The notes beneath the pieces were generated by a model. The model had not been told where the DNA came from and did not search any database. It was given only the letters and a program-made list of their open reading frames with translations. From a virus, in the IMG/VR virus record IMGVR_UViG_3300045988_053137, positions 1-57,070 of that record: a DNA stretch of 57,070 bases. One strand, given 5' to 3'. Positions 34,204 through 42,551 of the stretch are shown in pieces. Every line of letters begins with the position of its first letter. Position 1 is the first letter of the stretch. The position numbers and the translations under genes were made by a program.

Positions 34204-35310
34204 ATGATTAAGTGTGGAGATTTTTCAGCGTGGAATGGTGATATTGACTGGGATAGAGTTAAGGCGGCAGGACTTACTCACGCTGTCCTTAAGGTTATCA
34301 GACGTGATTTTGACCCAGATAAGCAGTTTGAAAATAACTGGAAAGGCTGTCAGTTAGCAGGTGTGCATATCTGCGGTGTATACAATTATGTATACACACC
34401 AACAGTAGAAGAAGCTATTGCGGCGGCTAACAGAGTACTTGAAGTGCTTGACGGACGTAAGGTAACTGTCTGGATGGATGTTGAAAATACTTGTATGCAA
34501 AACTTAGGTTCAGAGCTTATCGACATTATCAAGGCTTACAAAGAGGTTATTGAGGGTGCAGGATATGACTTCGGTGTATATACTGGCTTATCATTCTATG
34601 GTAGCTACATCAAACCTTATACAAACCCTAGCGACTTAGATTGTCCGTTCTGGATAGCACGTTATTACTTAGGCTATGATGAAATGCAGTTAAATGATGA
34701 TGTTAATGCAGATAAGACACCCAGTATCGACCATTATCTTGCGGGGTGGCAGTATACTTCTAGCGCAAGAATTGACGGTGTAGACGGAGTTTGCGACTTA
34801 TCAGAATTTTATGGTTTCCACAATGATGAAGATAACGCAGAGGATAACAGCGAAGAGGATAACGCAGAGGATAGCACAGATGAACACGTATATGCTACAT
34901 ATGCCGCTTATACAGACCGCTGGTGGGGCGAAGTAGAGGACAGAGAAGATTGGGCTGGTGCAGGTGACAATAAAGCTATTACAGCACTTATTGTTAAGGT
35001 CAGCAGAGGTTCAGTTAAGTACAGAGTTCATACACTTAATGGCGATTGGCTTCCTTATGTTACTGGCTTTGATTATGATGATTTTGAGAATGGCTTTGCA
35101 GGTGACCAGTGTACACCAATAGACGCCGTAGAAATTATCTACTATACGCCAGAGGGCGAGCCTTGGAAGTATGCAAAGTATATGGTATCTGTATTCAACA
35201 ACCGCAACTTCTATCCAGAACAGATAGATGACGAAACATCAAACGGAATGGACGGATATGCAGGCGTTATAGGTAATGCAATCGACAAGTTCCAGTTAGT
35301 TGTCGAATAG
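34204..35310 (+). CDS. Endolysin: GH25 muramidase with an acidic linker and a C-terminal binding domain
   Basis: GDFSAWNGDIDWDRVKAAGLTHAVLKV...WMDVE is GH25-like; DNAEDNSEEDNAEDSTDE linker. Confidence 0.8.
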   Translation: MIKCGDFSAWNGDIDWDRVKAAGLTHAVLKVIRRDFDPDKQFENNWKGCQLAGVHICGVYNYVYTPTVEEAIAAANRVLEVLDGRKVTVWMDVENTCMQNLGSELIDIIKAYKEVIEGAGYDFGVYTGLSFYGSYIKPYTNPSDLDCPFWIARYYLGYDEMQLNDDVNADKTPSIDHYLAGWQYTSSARIDGVDGVCDLSEFYGFHNDEDNAEDNSEEDNAEDSTDEHVYATYAAYTDRWWGEVEDREDWAGAGDNKAITALIVKVSRGSVKYRVHTLNGDWLPYVTGFDYDDFENGFAGDQCTPIDAVEIIYYTPEGEPWKYAKYMVSVFNNRNFYPEQIDDETSNGMDGYAGVIGNAIDKFQLVVE

Positions 35311-35412
35311 TGTCAGAATAACACGACCGAAAGTATTTGAAATATACTAACGATAAATGTATAATAAACTTGTCTTTGAGAAAAGACCCTTAAACATTTT
35401 CAAGTTCTGGCA

Positions 35413-35447
35413 GGCGATATTGTTTGATTGGCGTTGGCAATATCGCC
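35413..35447. repeat. Perfect 10-bp inverted repeat (hairpin) after the endolysin
   Basis: GGCGATATTG, 15 nt, CAATATCGCC. Confidence 0.7.
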
Positions 35448-35454
35448 GCTACAC

Positions 35455-35483
35455 TTGACACGATAGAACGTGTGTTCTATAAT
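35455..35483 (+). promoter_or_regulatory. Consensus promoter with an embedded palindromic operator
   Basis: TTGACA, 17 nt, TATAAT; the spacer contains ATAGAAC-GTGT-GTTCTAT. Confidence 0.65.
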
Positions 35484-35533
35484 AATCGTATCGCTATCAA
35501 ACGTGCAAGGGCAAGAGAGGGGAGTGCAGGTTT

Positions 35534-35650
35534 ATGAGTAATGAGGAATACAGGCAAAAGATAACAAAATTGATTAATAAAATAGAAGATAACTGGATAT
35601 TAGAACAAATATTTAAGTTTATATGTAATATGACAAAAGAGAGGGTGTAA
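35534..35650 (+). CDS. Hypothetical 38-aa protein
   Basis: GGGGAG SD; convergent with the repressor; below the track cutoff. Confidence 0.4.
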   Translation: MSNEEYRQKITKLINKIEDNWILEQIFKFICNMTKERV

Positions 35651-35665
35651 ACCCTCTCTTTTTTA
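35635..35665. terminator. Bidirectional terminator
   Basis: AAAAGAGAGGG-TGTAAA-CCCTCTCTTTTTT between convergent genes. Confidence 0.8.
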
Positions 35666-36028
35666 CTTCTCGTCTAGCAATTTCTTTGCGATAGCTTCCA
35701 GACATTCCCAATCTTTAGGTTCAAGCCTTGCCAATGCACCAACAAGCTTCTTTTCAAAGCTGTCATCGTTTAATTCCATAACTTCATTAACAAAAGCACC
35801 AATCTCTTGTTCTCTTGTCCTTGATTTAAACATCTTTCCATTGCCGGTTCGCAGCCATTCTTCATTTACATTAAGAATAGAACATAAAACTTTAATTGAT
35901 TGTTCTGAAAGATTTCTATTGCCATTTTCAACTAACGAAATGTAGTTTTTGGTAAGCCCTAGCTTTTCAGCAAATACATCTTGCGACATTTTTAATTCTT
36001 TTCGCAAGGCTTTTATTCGCTCGTTCAC
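35663..36028 (-). CDS. CI-like XRE-family repressor
   Basis: AAGGAGGTG SD then GTG 36028; NERIKALRKELKMSQDVFAEKLGLTKNYISLVENGNRNLS HTH. Confidence 0.85.
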   Translation of the reverse strand: MNERIKALRKELKMSQDVFAEKLGLTKNYISLVENGNRNLSEQSIKVLCSILNVNEEWLRTGNGKMFKSRTREQEIGAFVNEVMELNDDSFEKKLVGALARLEPKDWECLEAIAKKLLDEK

Positions 36029-36051
36029 ACTTCTCACCTCCTTGCATATAT

Positions 36052-36080
36052 ACAATAACATTAAAGTCACACAATGTCAA
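36052..36080 (-). promoter_or_regulatory. Repressor promoter
   Basis: Minus strand TTGACA, 17 nt, TATTGT; the -35 overlaps operator copy 1. Confidence 0.5.
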
Positions 36081-36192
36081 ACTTTTTTGCTAAAATATGT
36101 TGACAGGTATTACTGTGTATGATATTATAATCACACAAAGTCAAATAGAAAGGAAGTGAGAACAAAGAATGAAAAAGTTAAGACTTTGTGAC
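36066..36192. promoter_or_regulatory. Three operator-like sites, TCACA(C)AA(A/T)GTC
   Basis: GTCACACAATGTCAA (36066-80), TCACACAAAGTCAA (36131-44), inverted GACTTTGTGAC (36182-92). Confidence 0.6.
36100..36128 (+). promoter_or_regulatory. Early rightward promoter
   Basis: TTGACA, 17 nt, TATTAT; operator copy 2 sits just downstream. Confidence 0.55.
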
Positions 36193-36273
36193 ATAGCATT
36201 AATAACATCAATAATCGCTGTTGTTATTGCAATATTAAATATTTCACTTACGATAATTGACTTACTATTTTGA
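36169..36273 (+). CDS. 34-aa hydrophobic peptide (MKKLRLCDIALITSIIAVVIAILNISLTIIDLLF)
   Basis: AAAGGAAGTGAG SD; first ORF after the early promoter; contains operator copy 3. Confidence 0.4.
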   Translation: MKKLRLCDIALITSIIAVVIAILNISLTIIDLLF

Positions 36274-36580
36274 TTATTAAATCAGACAAACTGATTATTA
36301 TTGCAATAATTGAAATCACAAGTGAAATTTTTGAGTATTTACTAGAAGAAACAGCATTTTTATTAGCAGTATCTGCTAATGATTGAGCAGATTTAGCAGT
36401 ATCTTGTGCTGATTGAGCCAATTTTTCTAAAACAGGAACAGTATTTTTTAAATATTCTGATTGACTTTCCATCAATTCATATGGAGATTTGCCTTTTTCA
36501 TATTTAGGCATTTCTACATTCGGAATTACTGGTTTAACAAGCATATCATCTAAATTTGGATGATTTGGAACATATTGCAT
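36248..36580 (-). CDS. C-tail-anchored membrane protein, probably prophage-expressed
   Basis: AAGGAG SD; own TGTGATATAAT extended -10; C-terminal TM ISLVISIIAIIISL. Confidence 0.6.
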   Translation of the reverse strand: MQYVPNHPNLDDMLVKPVIPNVEMPKYEKGKSPYELMESQSEYLKNTVPVLEKLAQSAQDTAKSAQSLADTANKNAVSSSKYSKISLVISIIAIIISLSDLIIKIVSQLS

Positions 36581-36606
36581 AGTAGTACTCCTTTGTTTTT
36601 TAACAC

Positions 36607-36617
36607 ATTATATCACA
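36607..36617 (-). promoter_or_regulatory. Extended -10 promoter TGTGATATAAT
   Basis: Reverse complement of attatatcaca, upstream of the 36580 start. Confidence 0.5.
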
Positions 36618-36634
36618 GAAAGGAAGTGAATTGA

Positions 36635-36778
36635 ATGAGTGAAAAGGAAAAGGAAATCATCAAGAAGTTATCCGATACAATACCAAAACTTGATGACAAC
36701 AAGAAAAATTACATTCTTGGTGTCGCCGAGGGAATGGCAATGGTAAGAGATAGTGAAAAGACAGAAAGAAAGGAGTAA
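36635..36778 (+). CDS. Hypothetical 47-aa protein
   Basis: GGAAGTG SD; below the track cutoff. Confidence 0.4.
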   Translation: MSEKEKEIIKKLSDTIPKLDDNKKNYILGVAEGMAMVRDSEKTERKE

Positions 36779-36780
36779 GA

Positions 36781-37038
36781 ATGAGTAAAATCAAAAAATG
36801 TGTAAGCATATTTTTGAATAAGCATTTTGTGAAATGGAAATTTTTACAGAGTACGTTTGTTATTCCATTTCAAAAAAATGGGAAGATGTATTTGCATATT
36901 TCACAAGTTTGTGAAAACGGAACAAGAGTTATAAAAAGAACTTTCCTCATTGAGCATTTGGTTGATGATAACTTGGCGGTTACGAACCAAACACTCGCAG
37001 AGGAAAAAAGAGTGTTTAAAAACCCTACATTATTTTAA
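36781..37038 (+). CDS. Hypothetical protein
   Basis: AAGGAG SD 3-4 nt upstream. Confidence 0.45.
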   Translation: MSKIKKCVSIFLNKHFVKWKFLQSTFVIPFQKNGKMYLHISQVCENGTRVIKRTFLIEHLVDDNLAVTNQTLAEEKRVFKNPTLF

Positions 37039-37201
37039 TCCATGTAGTATATCCACACTCATCACACTCTGGTAATGTTTCACCACGATGTTTTATAGAA
37101 ACAATTCCGTTGTTGTTTTCATTACCACATTGCATACATATATATGTACCACAGTTTACAGTGTCGTATGTATTAAATGTTTCAGAGTAACGATTATCCA
37201 T
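37025..37201 (-). CDS. 58-aa Zn-ribbon protein, reverse-oriented
   Basis: AGAGGTG SD; CGTYICMQCG ... CDECG; translated by hand. Confidence 0.55.
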   Translation of the reverse strand: MDNRYSETFNTYDTVNCGTYICMQCGNENNNGIVSIKHRGETLPECDECGYTTWIKIM

Positions 37202-37233
37202 ATTTTCACCTCTTTTCTCAATAGAATAAGAGG

Positions 37234-37244
37234 ATTATAACACA
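37234..37244 (-). promoter_or_regulatory. Extended -10 promoter TGTGTTATAAT
   Basis: Part of a roughly 45-bp block that is duplicated at 38421..38465. Confidence 0.5.
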
Positions 37245-37264
37245 GAAATGCAGAAAGGAGTTAT

Positions 37265-37993
37265 ATGAATAATTTACAGATTTTTAGCAATTCAGAGTTT
37301 GGAGAAATCCGAACCATTACTAAAGATGATGAACCTATGTTTTGCTTGGCTGATGTATGCAAAGCATTGGAACTTGAACAGGTAAGCAGAGTTAAGGCAA
37401 GGCTTAAAACAGATGGGGTTACTACAAGTAAGGTCACAGACAGATTAGGCAGAGAGCAGGAAGCCACATTTATTAATGAGAGTAACCTTTACAAGACAAT
37501 CTTTCAGAGCCGTAAAGAAAGTGCGGAGAGATTTACAGATTGGGTTACAGGAGAGGTGCTTCCGTCAATCAGAAAGACGGGTAGTTATGGTATGCCAAAG
37601 ACAACAGGCGGTCAGATACAGCTTTTAGCACAGGGCTATACAGAACTTGAACAGGCTGTTAACTCTATCAAAGAAGATATGACAGAGCTTAAGGATAACA
37701 CACCTCTTTACGGCTGTGAGATTGATGAGGTCAAACAGCACGTTAATAGAAAAGGCATAATTGTACTTGGTGGCAAGGATAGCGAAGCTTATAAGAACGG
37801 CAGTATTCGCAGTTCAGTATATTCCGACATATATAAGCAGTTAAAGCGTGAGTTTGGCTGTGTGACAACATATAAGAGCATAAGAAGAAAGTACATTGAT
37901 AATGTACACAAGTTTATAGATGATTATGCGTTGCCTATGGCACTTGCTGAACAGGTAAAAGAAGCTAATGCACAGATAGGTATGAGTTTTTAA
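37265..37993 (+). CDS. Antirepressor (Bro-N domain plus ORF6C-like C-terminus)
   Basis: LQIFSNSEFGEIRTITKDDEPMFCLADVCKALEL is the Bro-N signature. Confidence 0.85.
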   Translation: MNNLQIFSNSEFGEIRTITKDDEPMFCLADVCKALELEQVSRVKARLKTDGVTTSKVTDRLGREQEATFINESNLYKTIFQSRKESAERFTDWVTGEVLPSIRKTGSYGMPKTTGGQIQLLAQGYTELEQAVNSIKEDMTELKDNTPLYGCEIDEVKQHVNRKGIIVLGGKDSEAYKNGSIRSSVYSDIYKQLKREFGCVTTYKSIRRKYIDNVHKFIDDYALPMALAEQVKEANAQIGMSF

Positions 37994-38007
37994 GAAAGGA
38001 GTAAGAG

Positions 38008-38265
38008 TTGGAAAGGCAAAGATACACAATAACAGACAAAAACGGAAAAAGCGTAATTGCCGAGAAAGAAGCTTCTCGTTTTATAAGCATTGATGAATTT
38101 GCACAGCATATCGCTATGGATATTATCGACGATTACAGAGACATTAAGAGTGGCGATAAGCACCTTGAAGAAACTAACATTGAGCTATCAATCAAAGTAC
38201 TTACCGCCATTTCCCCAGTAATCGAAGCATTTAGAAGTACTTCAGGTTACGGAATGGATTGTTAG
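38008..38265 (+). CDS. Hypothetical protein
   Basis: TTG start, AAAGGAG SD. Confidence 0.5.
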   Translation: MERQRYTITDKNGKSVIAEKEASRFISIDEFAQHIAMDIIDDYRDIKSGDKHLEETNIELSIKVLTAISPVIEAFRSTSGYGMDC

Positions 38266-38422
38266 TCGCTTCAGCTTTTGCTAATTGCAGTTCTTCAGCA
38301 GGCACTGAACTGATGATTTCTGAATAGTATTGGTCGTACAGTTTTCTAAAATCATCATATGAGCCATTATAACCACAAATTTTAGCGGTAGCATAAGCTG
38401 ATATATATTTTTCAGCAGTCAT
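38231..38422 (-). CDS. Hypothetical 63-aa protein, reverse-oriented
   Basis: AAGAGGTG SD and own extended -10. Confidence 0.5.
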   Translation of the reverse strand: MTAEKYISAYATAKICGYNGSYDDFRKLYDQYYSEIISSVPAEELQLAKAEATNNPFRNLKYF

Positions 38423-38454
38423 ATTTCACCTCTTTCCTATAAAAAGATAAGAGG

Positions 38455-38465
38455 ATTATATCACA
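38455..38465 (-). promoter_or_regulatory. Extended -10 promoter TGTGATATAAT
   Basis: Reverse complement of attatatcaca. Confidence 0.5.
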
Positions 38466-38488
38466 ATTTTTAAAATAAGGAGAAGCTT

Positions 38489-38680
38489 ATGGAAAAGGAA
38501 GTACAGGCAACACCACAGTATAGCATATCAGTAGAGGAACTGATAGCAGAAAGAAACAAGTTAGAAGTCTCTATTGCGGCATACAAGAAAGCTAAGAGAG
38601 ACAGTAAGATAGCTGAATACTTATGGACGTTATCAGCAATATTATTTATTGTGTCAATGATATTTCAGCTTATTAATTAG
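38489..38680 (+). CDS. Small protein with a C-terminal TM segment
   Basis: AAGGAG SD; WTLSAILFIVSMIFQLI. Confidence 0.55.
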   Translation: MEKEVQATPQYSISVEELIAERNKLEVSIAAYKKAKRDSKIAEYLWTLSAILFIVSMIFQLIN

Positions 38681-38697
38681 AAAGGAGTTTTAGCAGA

Positions 38698-38979
38698 TTG
38701 ATATTTATTATTTCTGAAAAAGGCGAAAGAGAGCAGATTAATGAGGTGGAAAAACTTGAAATCCTGGCACACATTGGCAGAAGAACAAGTTACCTCTTAG
38801 GAAGAAATAAGAATTGTGAACTCTTAAGAAGAGTAGTTGTAAAAGATATTTTAGGGCAGTTAAAGCACGAATACGGGTGTGGTTTGAGTGAACTTAAAAA
38901 GAAGTACATAGCAGACACTCACGATTATATCGACTGCTACGAACTGCCTATGATAATGAAAGAGAGATATAAGCTATGA
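38698..38979 (+). CDS. ORF6C-domain protein (paralogous to the antirepressor C-terminus)
   Basis: LKHEYGCGLSELKKKYIADTHDYIDCYELPM versus LKREFGCVTTYKSIRRKYIDNVHKFIDDYALPM. Confidence 0.5.
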   Translation: MIFIISEKGEREQINEVEKLEILAHIGRRTSYLLGRNKNCELLRRVVVKDILGQLKHEYGCGLSELKKKYIADTHDYIDCYELPMIMKERYKL

Positions 38980-39128
38980 TACAGGGGTTTATGTTGGGCG
39001 TTGTTGTCGGAATGATACTAGAAACTATATGTATTGTAGTTACAACATTAAAGATTAAAGCAAAAGAAAGGAAAGAACAATATGAAACAGGTAAACGAGA
39101 AAGTAATAACAGTACAGGATTGCATTGA
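38976..39128 (+). CDS. Possible 50-aa TM peptide
   Basis: ATGA overlap with the upstream stop; overlaps the next small ORF. Confidence 0.3.
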   Translation: MIQGFMLGVVVGMILETICIVVTTLKIKAKERKEQYETGKRESNNSTGLH

Positions 39129-39210
39129 TATGTACGAGAAAAAGGATATGTATACAGTTATTGACGGCGGTAAAGTTGTTGGATTTGTAGAAAAGAGAGA
39201 GGAGAACTAA
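39082..39210 (+). CDS. Possible 42-aa protein
   Basis: AAAGGAAAG SD. Confidence 0.4.
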   Translation: MKQVNEKVITVQDCIDMYEKKDMYTVIDGGKVVGFVEKREEN

Positions 39211-39212
39211 AG

Positions 39213-39851
39213 ATGAAAGAGAGAAATAACAATATTACAGTTTTTGGGTTAGTTGCGGAAGAGCCAGTTTTCAATCACGAAGTTTTTGGAGAAAAATTCT
39301 TTAAGATGATGATTTCGATTGACAGGGTTAGCGGAGCAGTAGATACACTTCCTGTTCTTATATCTGAAAGAATTGTAGATATGAAAGAATTGAAAACAGG
39401 CACTTGCGTAATGATTACAGGAAGAATAAGAAGCTACAACGAGCATATAGGTGAAAAAAGCAAGTTAATATTAGCAATCTTTACTGAAAATATAGAGATA
39501 TATGAAAACGAGGCAGAACCACCTTTTAATAATGATGTAGTTCTTAGAGGCTTTATTTGCAAAGAACCTATATACAGGCTAACACCACTTGGAAGAGAAA
39601 TAGCAAATGTTATCATAGCTGTTAACAGAGCATATGGCAAGTCAGACTATATACCTTGCATAACTTGGGGCAGAACAGCTAAGTTTGTCGGTCACTTGCC
39701 AGTAGGAACGCATATAGAAATGACAGGCAGGTTTCAGTCAAGACCTTATGCAAAAAAGATAAGCGAAGATGAAATTGAAAACAGAGTAGCTTATGAGGTA
39801 TCAGTAGGCAGAGTTGAGATTATAGAGGAAAAGGAGAATGCTGATGAATAG
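39213..39851 (+). CDS. Tandem OB-fold single-strand DNA-binding-like protein
   Basis: Two repeats of an ITV.G.V...P......G......I.V....... G..I...GR..S pattern. Confidence 0.55.
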   Translation: MKERNNNITVFGLVAEEPVFNHEVFGEKFFKMMISIDRVSGAVDTLPVLISERIVDMKELKTGTCVMITGRIRSYNEHIGEKSKLILAIFTENIEIYENEAEPPFNNDVVLRGFICKEPIYRLTPLGREIANVIIAVNRAYGKSDYIPCITWGRTAKFVGHLPVGTHIEMTGRFQSRPYAKKISEDEIENRVAYEVSVGRVEIIEEKENADE

Positions 39852-40038
39852 TAATATTACAGTTTCGGAATTAGCAGCTATGGCAGCAGACAATGAAAAG
39901 CGTTGTCAAGTATGGCATCCAGTTCAAGGTGTTATATTTGACGGCACGTTTGATGAACTTGACAGACGGCATTATCTTGCAGACAAGGCGGTTGATAACT
40001 TCTCAATAGAAGATGATGTATTCATTATGAATATATAA
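39844..40038 (+). CDS. Hypothetical protein
   Basis: AAGGAG 7 nt before ATG 39844. Confidence 0.5.
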   Translation: MNSNITVSELAAMAADNEKRCQVWHPVQGVIFDGTFDELDRRHYLADKAVDNFSIEDDVFIMNI

Positions 40039-40057
40039 ATAAAGAAAGGATATGTTT

Positions 40058-42004
40058 ATGGAAAGAGCAGTTTTAAAAAAGGTAGTACTTGAAAACTTTA
40101 TGTGTTATGCACACGCAGAATTTGACTTCTATGCCATTACAAAAATTGTGGCTAAGAATGGCAAGGGCAAGTCGACTATTGCAACGGCTTATCTGTGGTG
40201 CTTGTTTAACTGCGATTATGAATTAAAGGATAATCCAGTAGTTAGACGAGAAGTTGACGGAAAATCAGTTGATGATATGGACACAAGTGTTGAACTTACA
40301 CTTGATGTTGACGGAAAAGAAATCACTATGAAGAAAGTTCAGAAGCGTACTTATAAAGAAGCTGTAAAAGATGGAAAAATTGTAACAACTGTCAGTGATA
40401 ATAACTCTTATTACATCAACAGCGTTCCTAAGACTTTAACAGCATTTAATGAGTATCTGGGCATTAATATGAAGATGTTCAAGGCTTGCAGTAATATCAA
40501 TGCTTTTCTTAGTAGAAAGCCAGATGAAATGAGAGAATATCTTTTCAGTTTAATTGAAAGTGTTACGGACTTAGATATGGCAAGGTCAAGAAAAGAGTTG
40601 GCAGAATTAGTACCAATGCTTGAAAAATACACTGTCGAAGAAATCCGCTCAATGAATAAATTGATTTCGTCTAATGTTGACAAGCAATCGCCTGTTATTG
40701 ACGGACAGATTAAGGAAAAGGAAAGAGATATTCAGATTAAATCTGATATTGATGTATCTGACCTTGAATTGCTTAGAAATAGCCTTAAAGAACAGATTAC
40801 TGATTGCATTGCAAAGCAGACTGACAATGACAAGCTGATAGATGAATATGACAAGGCTAGTGCAGATGTTCTTGATTTGAAGTTCAAGCAGGGAGATTTA
40901 TCACGCAAGGCTAACGAGGAGAATATCAAGGTTAGAAGAGAGATTGAGGACAAGATTGCTGATAAGAAGTTTCTTGTTAAGCAGACAAAAAAGACTGTTG
41001 CCGATACCGAAAGATGTATTGTTAGTTCGGAAAAGGCTATTGAGTGCATTAAGGCTTCCTTGCAGACAGAGCGTGATAAGTGGAAAGAAGAAAACGAGCG
41101 CAAGTTTGACGATTCGAGCCTTATCTGTCCTTATTGCGGTAATGAATATAAGGAAGATAAGAAAGAACAGTTAAAGGCTGATTTTGCAAAACATAAGGCT
41201 GATAACTTAAAGACAATTACTGATAATGGCAATATGTACAAGGAAAGGCTTGATAAGGAAAAAGCTAAGCTTGAAAGTCTTAAAGCAGAGTTGCCACAGC
41301 ACAAAGAAAGCCTTGAAATGCTGAATACAGCCATTGCAGACCTTGAAAAGCAGTTATCCGAACTTCCACAGGAAATTGATGTGACAGTAACAGAAGAGTA
41401 CAAGGCACTTGAACAGCAGATTGCCGAAAAAGAAGAAGCTATGCACAAGGCTAATGACATATCGGCAGTTAAGGCTGAATTAAAGGCACAGGAAAGCGAA
41501 CTTAGGCAGCAGCTATCAGAAGTTGAACAGAAGATTGCTGAAAGTAACACAGAGAGAGACGAACAGCGGCTTGAAGAATTAAAGCAGACAAGGATTGATA
41601 GCGAACAGAATAAGGCTAATGCCGAGAAAATTATTGATTTACTTGACGAATTAGACAAAACAAAGAACGAAACCTTGACAGAAGCAGTAAACAGCCATTT
41701 TGGGTTAGTTAAGTGGCAGTTGTTTACTTATACAAAGTCTGGTGGTTACAAGAGTTGTTGCATACCTACAGTTGACGGAAAGAGTATTTTAACAACTATG
41801 TCTAACAAGGGCAACAGGATTTTAGGCAGAGTTGATATTTGCAATTCTATTCAGAAGATTAGTGGTATATCAGTGCCTATTGTTTTAGATAATTCTGAAA
41901 GCCTTAGCACAGATAATCAGAAGAAAGTTGCCGAAATGGTAGATAGTCAGTTGATTATGCTGATTGTTAATGATAGTGAGAAATTAGAGATTGTGGAGGG
42001 ATAA
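40058..42004 (+). CDS. SMC/Rad50-like AAA ATPase with a long coiled coil and a CxxC hook
   Basis: N-terminal KNGKGKST Walker A, roughly 350-aa coiled coil with CPYCG, C-terminal VLDNSESL. Confidence 0.75.
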   Translation: MERAVLKKVVLENFMCYAHAEFDFYAITKIVAKNGKGKSTIATAYLWCLFNCDYELKDNPVVRREVDGKSVDDMDTSVELTLDVDGKEITMKKVQKRTYKEAVKDGKIVTTVSDNNSYYINSVPKTLTAFNEYLGINMKMFKACSNINAFLSRKPDEMREYLFSLIESVTDLDMARSRKELAELVPMLEKYTVEEIRSMNKLISSNVDKQSPVIDGQIKEKERDIQIKSDIDVSDLELLRNSLKEQITDCIAKQTDNDKLIDEYDKASADVLDLKFKQGDLSRKANEENIKVRREIEDKIADKKFLVKQTKKTVADTERCIVSSEKAIECIKASLQTERDKWKEENERKFDDSSLICPYCGNEYKEDKKEQLKADFAKHKADNLKTITDNGNMYKERLDKEKAKLESLKAELPQHKESLEMLNTAIADLEKQLSELPQEIDVTVTEEYKALEQQIAEKEEAMHKANDISAVKAELKAQESELRQQLSEVEQKIAESNTERDEQRLEELKQTRIDSEQNKANAEKIIDLLDELDKTKNETLTEAVNSHFGLVKWQLFTYTKSGGYKSCCIPTVDGKSILTTMSNKGNRILGRVDICNSIQKISGISVPIVLDNSESLSTDNQKKVAEMVDSQLIMLIVNDSEKLEIVEG

Positions 42005-42009
42005 GCGCT

Positions 42010-42549
42010 ATGAATGATAGATATGTTGTAGAGCGTGAGTTTGAACACCTTGGATACAAATGTGTTGTTATATTCGGCGCAATAGGGCATAGATGTGGAT
42101 ATGTTGGCGTTCCAAAGAATCATCCGCTATATGGCAAGAACTATTCAGACTATCTTGAAATTAAAAAGGAAGATTTGAAGAGTAGAGAGATAAGTGGTGT
42201 TTTTCCTTTGCTGGGCACTTGCTTTGATAAGGACGAAAGAATCCGCATTGAAGCATATTTTCAGTGTCACGGTGGCATTACATATGCAGGCGGTGGAGAG
42301 CATTCAAGTTATCCAATCGAGAGTGATTTGTGGCGGTTCGGATTTGATTGCGGACATTACGGTGACGCAAGGGAACTTAAACTTGCTTATGAGAAATTTC
42401 CCAATTATAGAAGCAACCTTGCTATACAGATTGAGTGTGAGGACAGATTCCGTATTGAAGGATTGATAATCCGTACAGAAGAATATGTAGCAGAAGAGTG
42501 CAAGAAGTTAGCGGAACAGTTAAAAGAGTTTGAAGAAAGTGAGGATTAA
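42010..42549 (+). CDS. Conserved phage protein with His-rich motifs
   Basis: GHRCGYVGVP ... CHGGITY ... GFDCGHYGD; family not recognised. Confidence 0.6.
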   Translation: MNDRYVVEREFEHLGYKCVVIFGAIGHRCGYVGVPKNHPLYGKNYSDYLEIKKEDLKSREISGVFPLLGTCFDKDERIRIEAYFQCHGGITYAGGGEHSSYPIESDLWRFGFDCGHYGDARELKLAYEKFPNYRSNLAIQIECEDRFRIEGLIIRTEEYVAEECKKLAEQLKEFEESED

Positions 42550-42551
42550 TT

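Noticed and set aside
41131-41658. 175-aa minus-strand ORF (Ser/Cys/Leu-rich)
   Set aside because: It is the antisense shadow of the Glu/Lys-rich coiled coil of the SMC-like ATPase.
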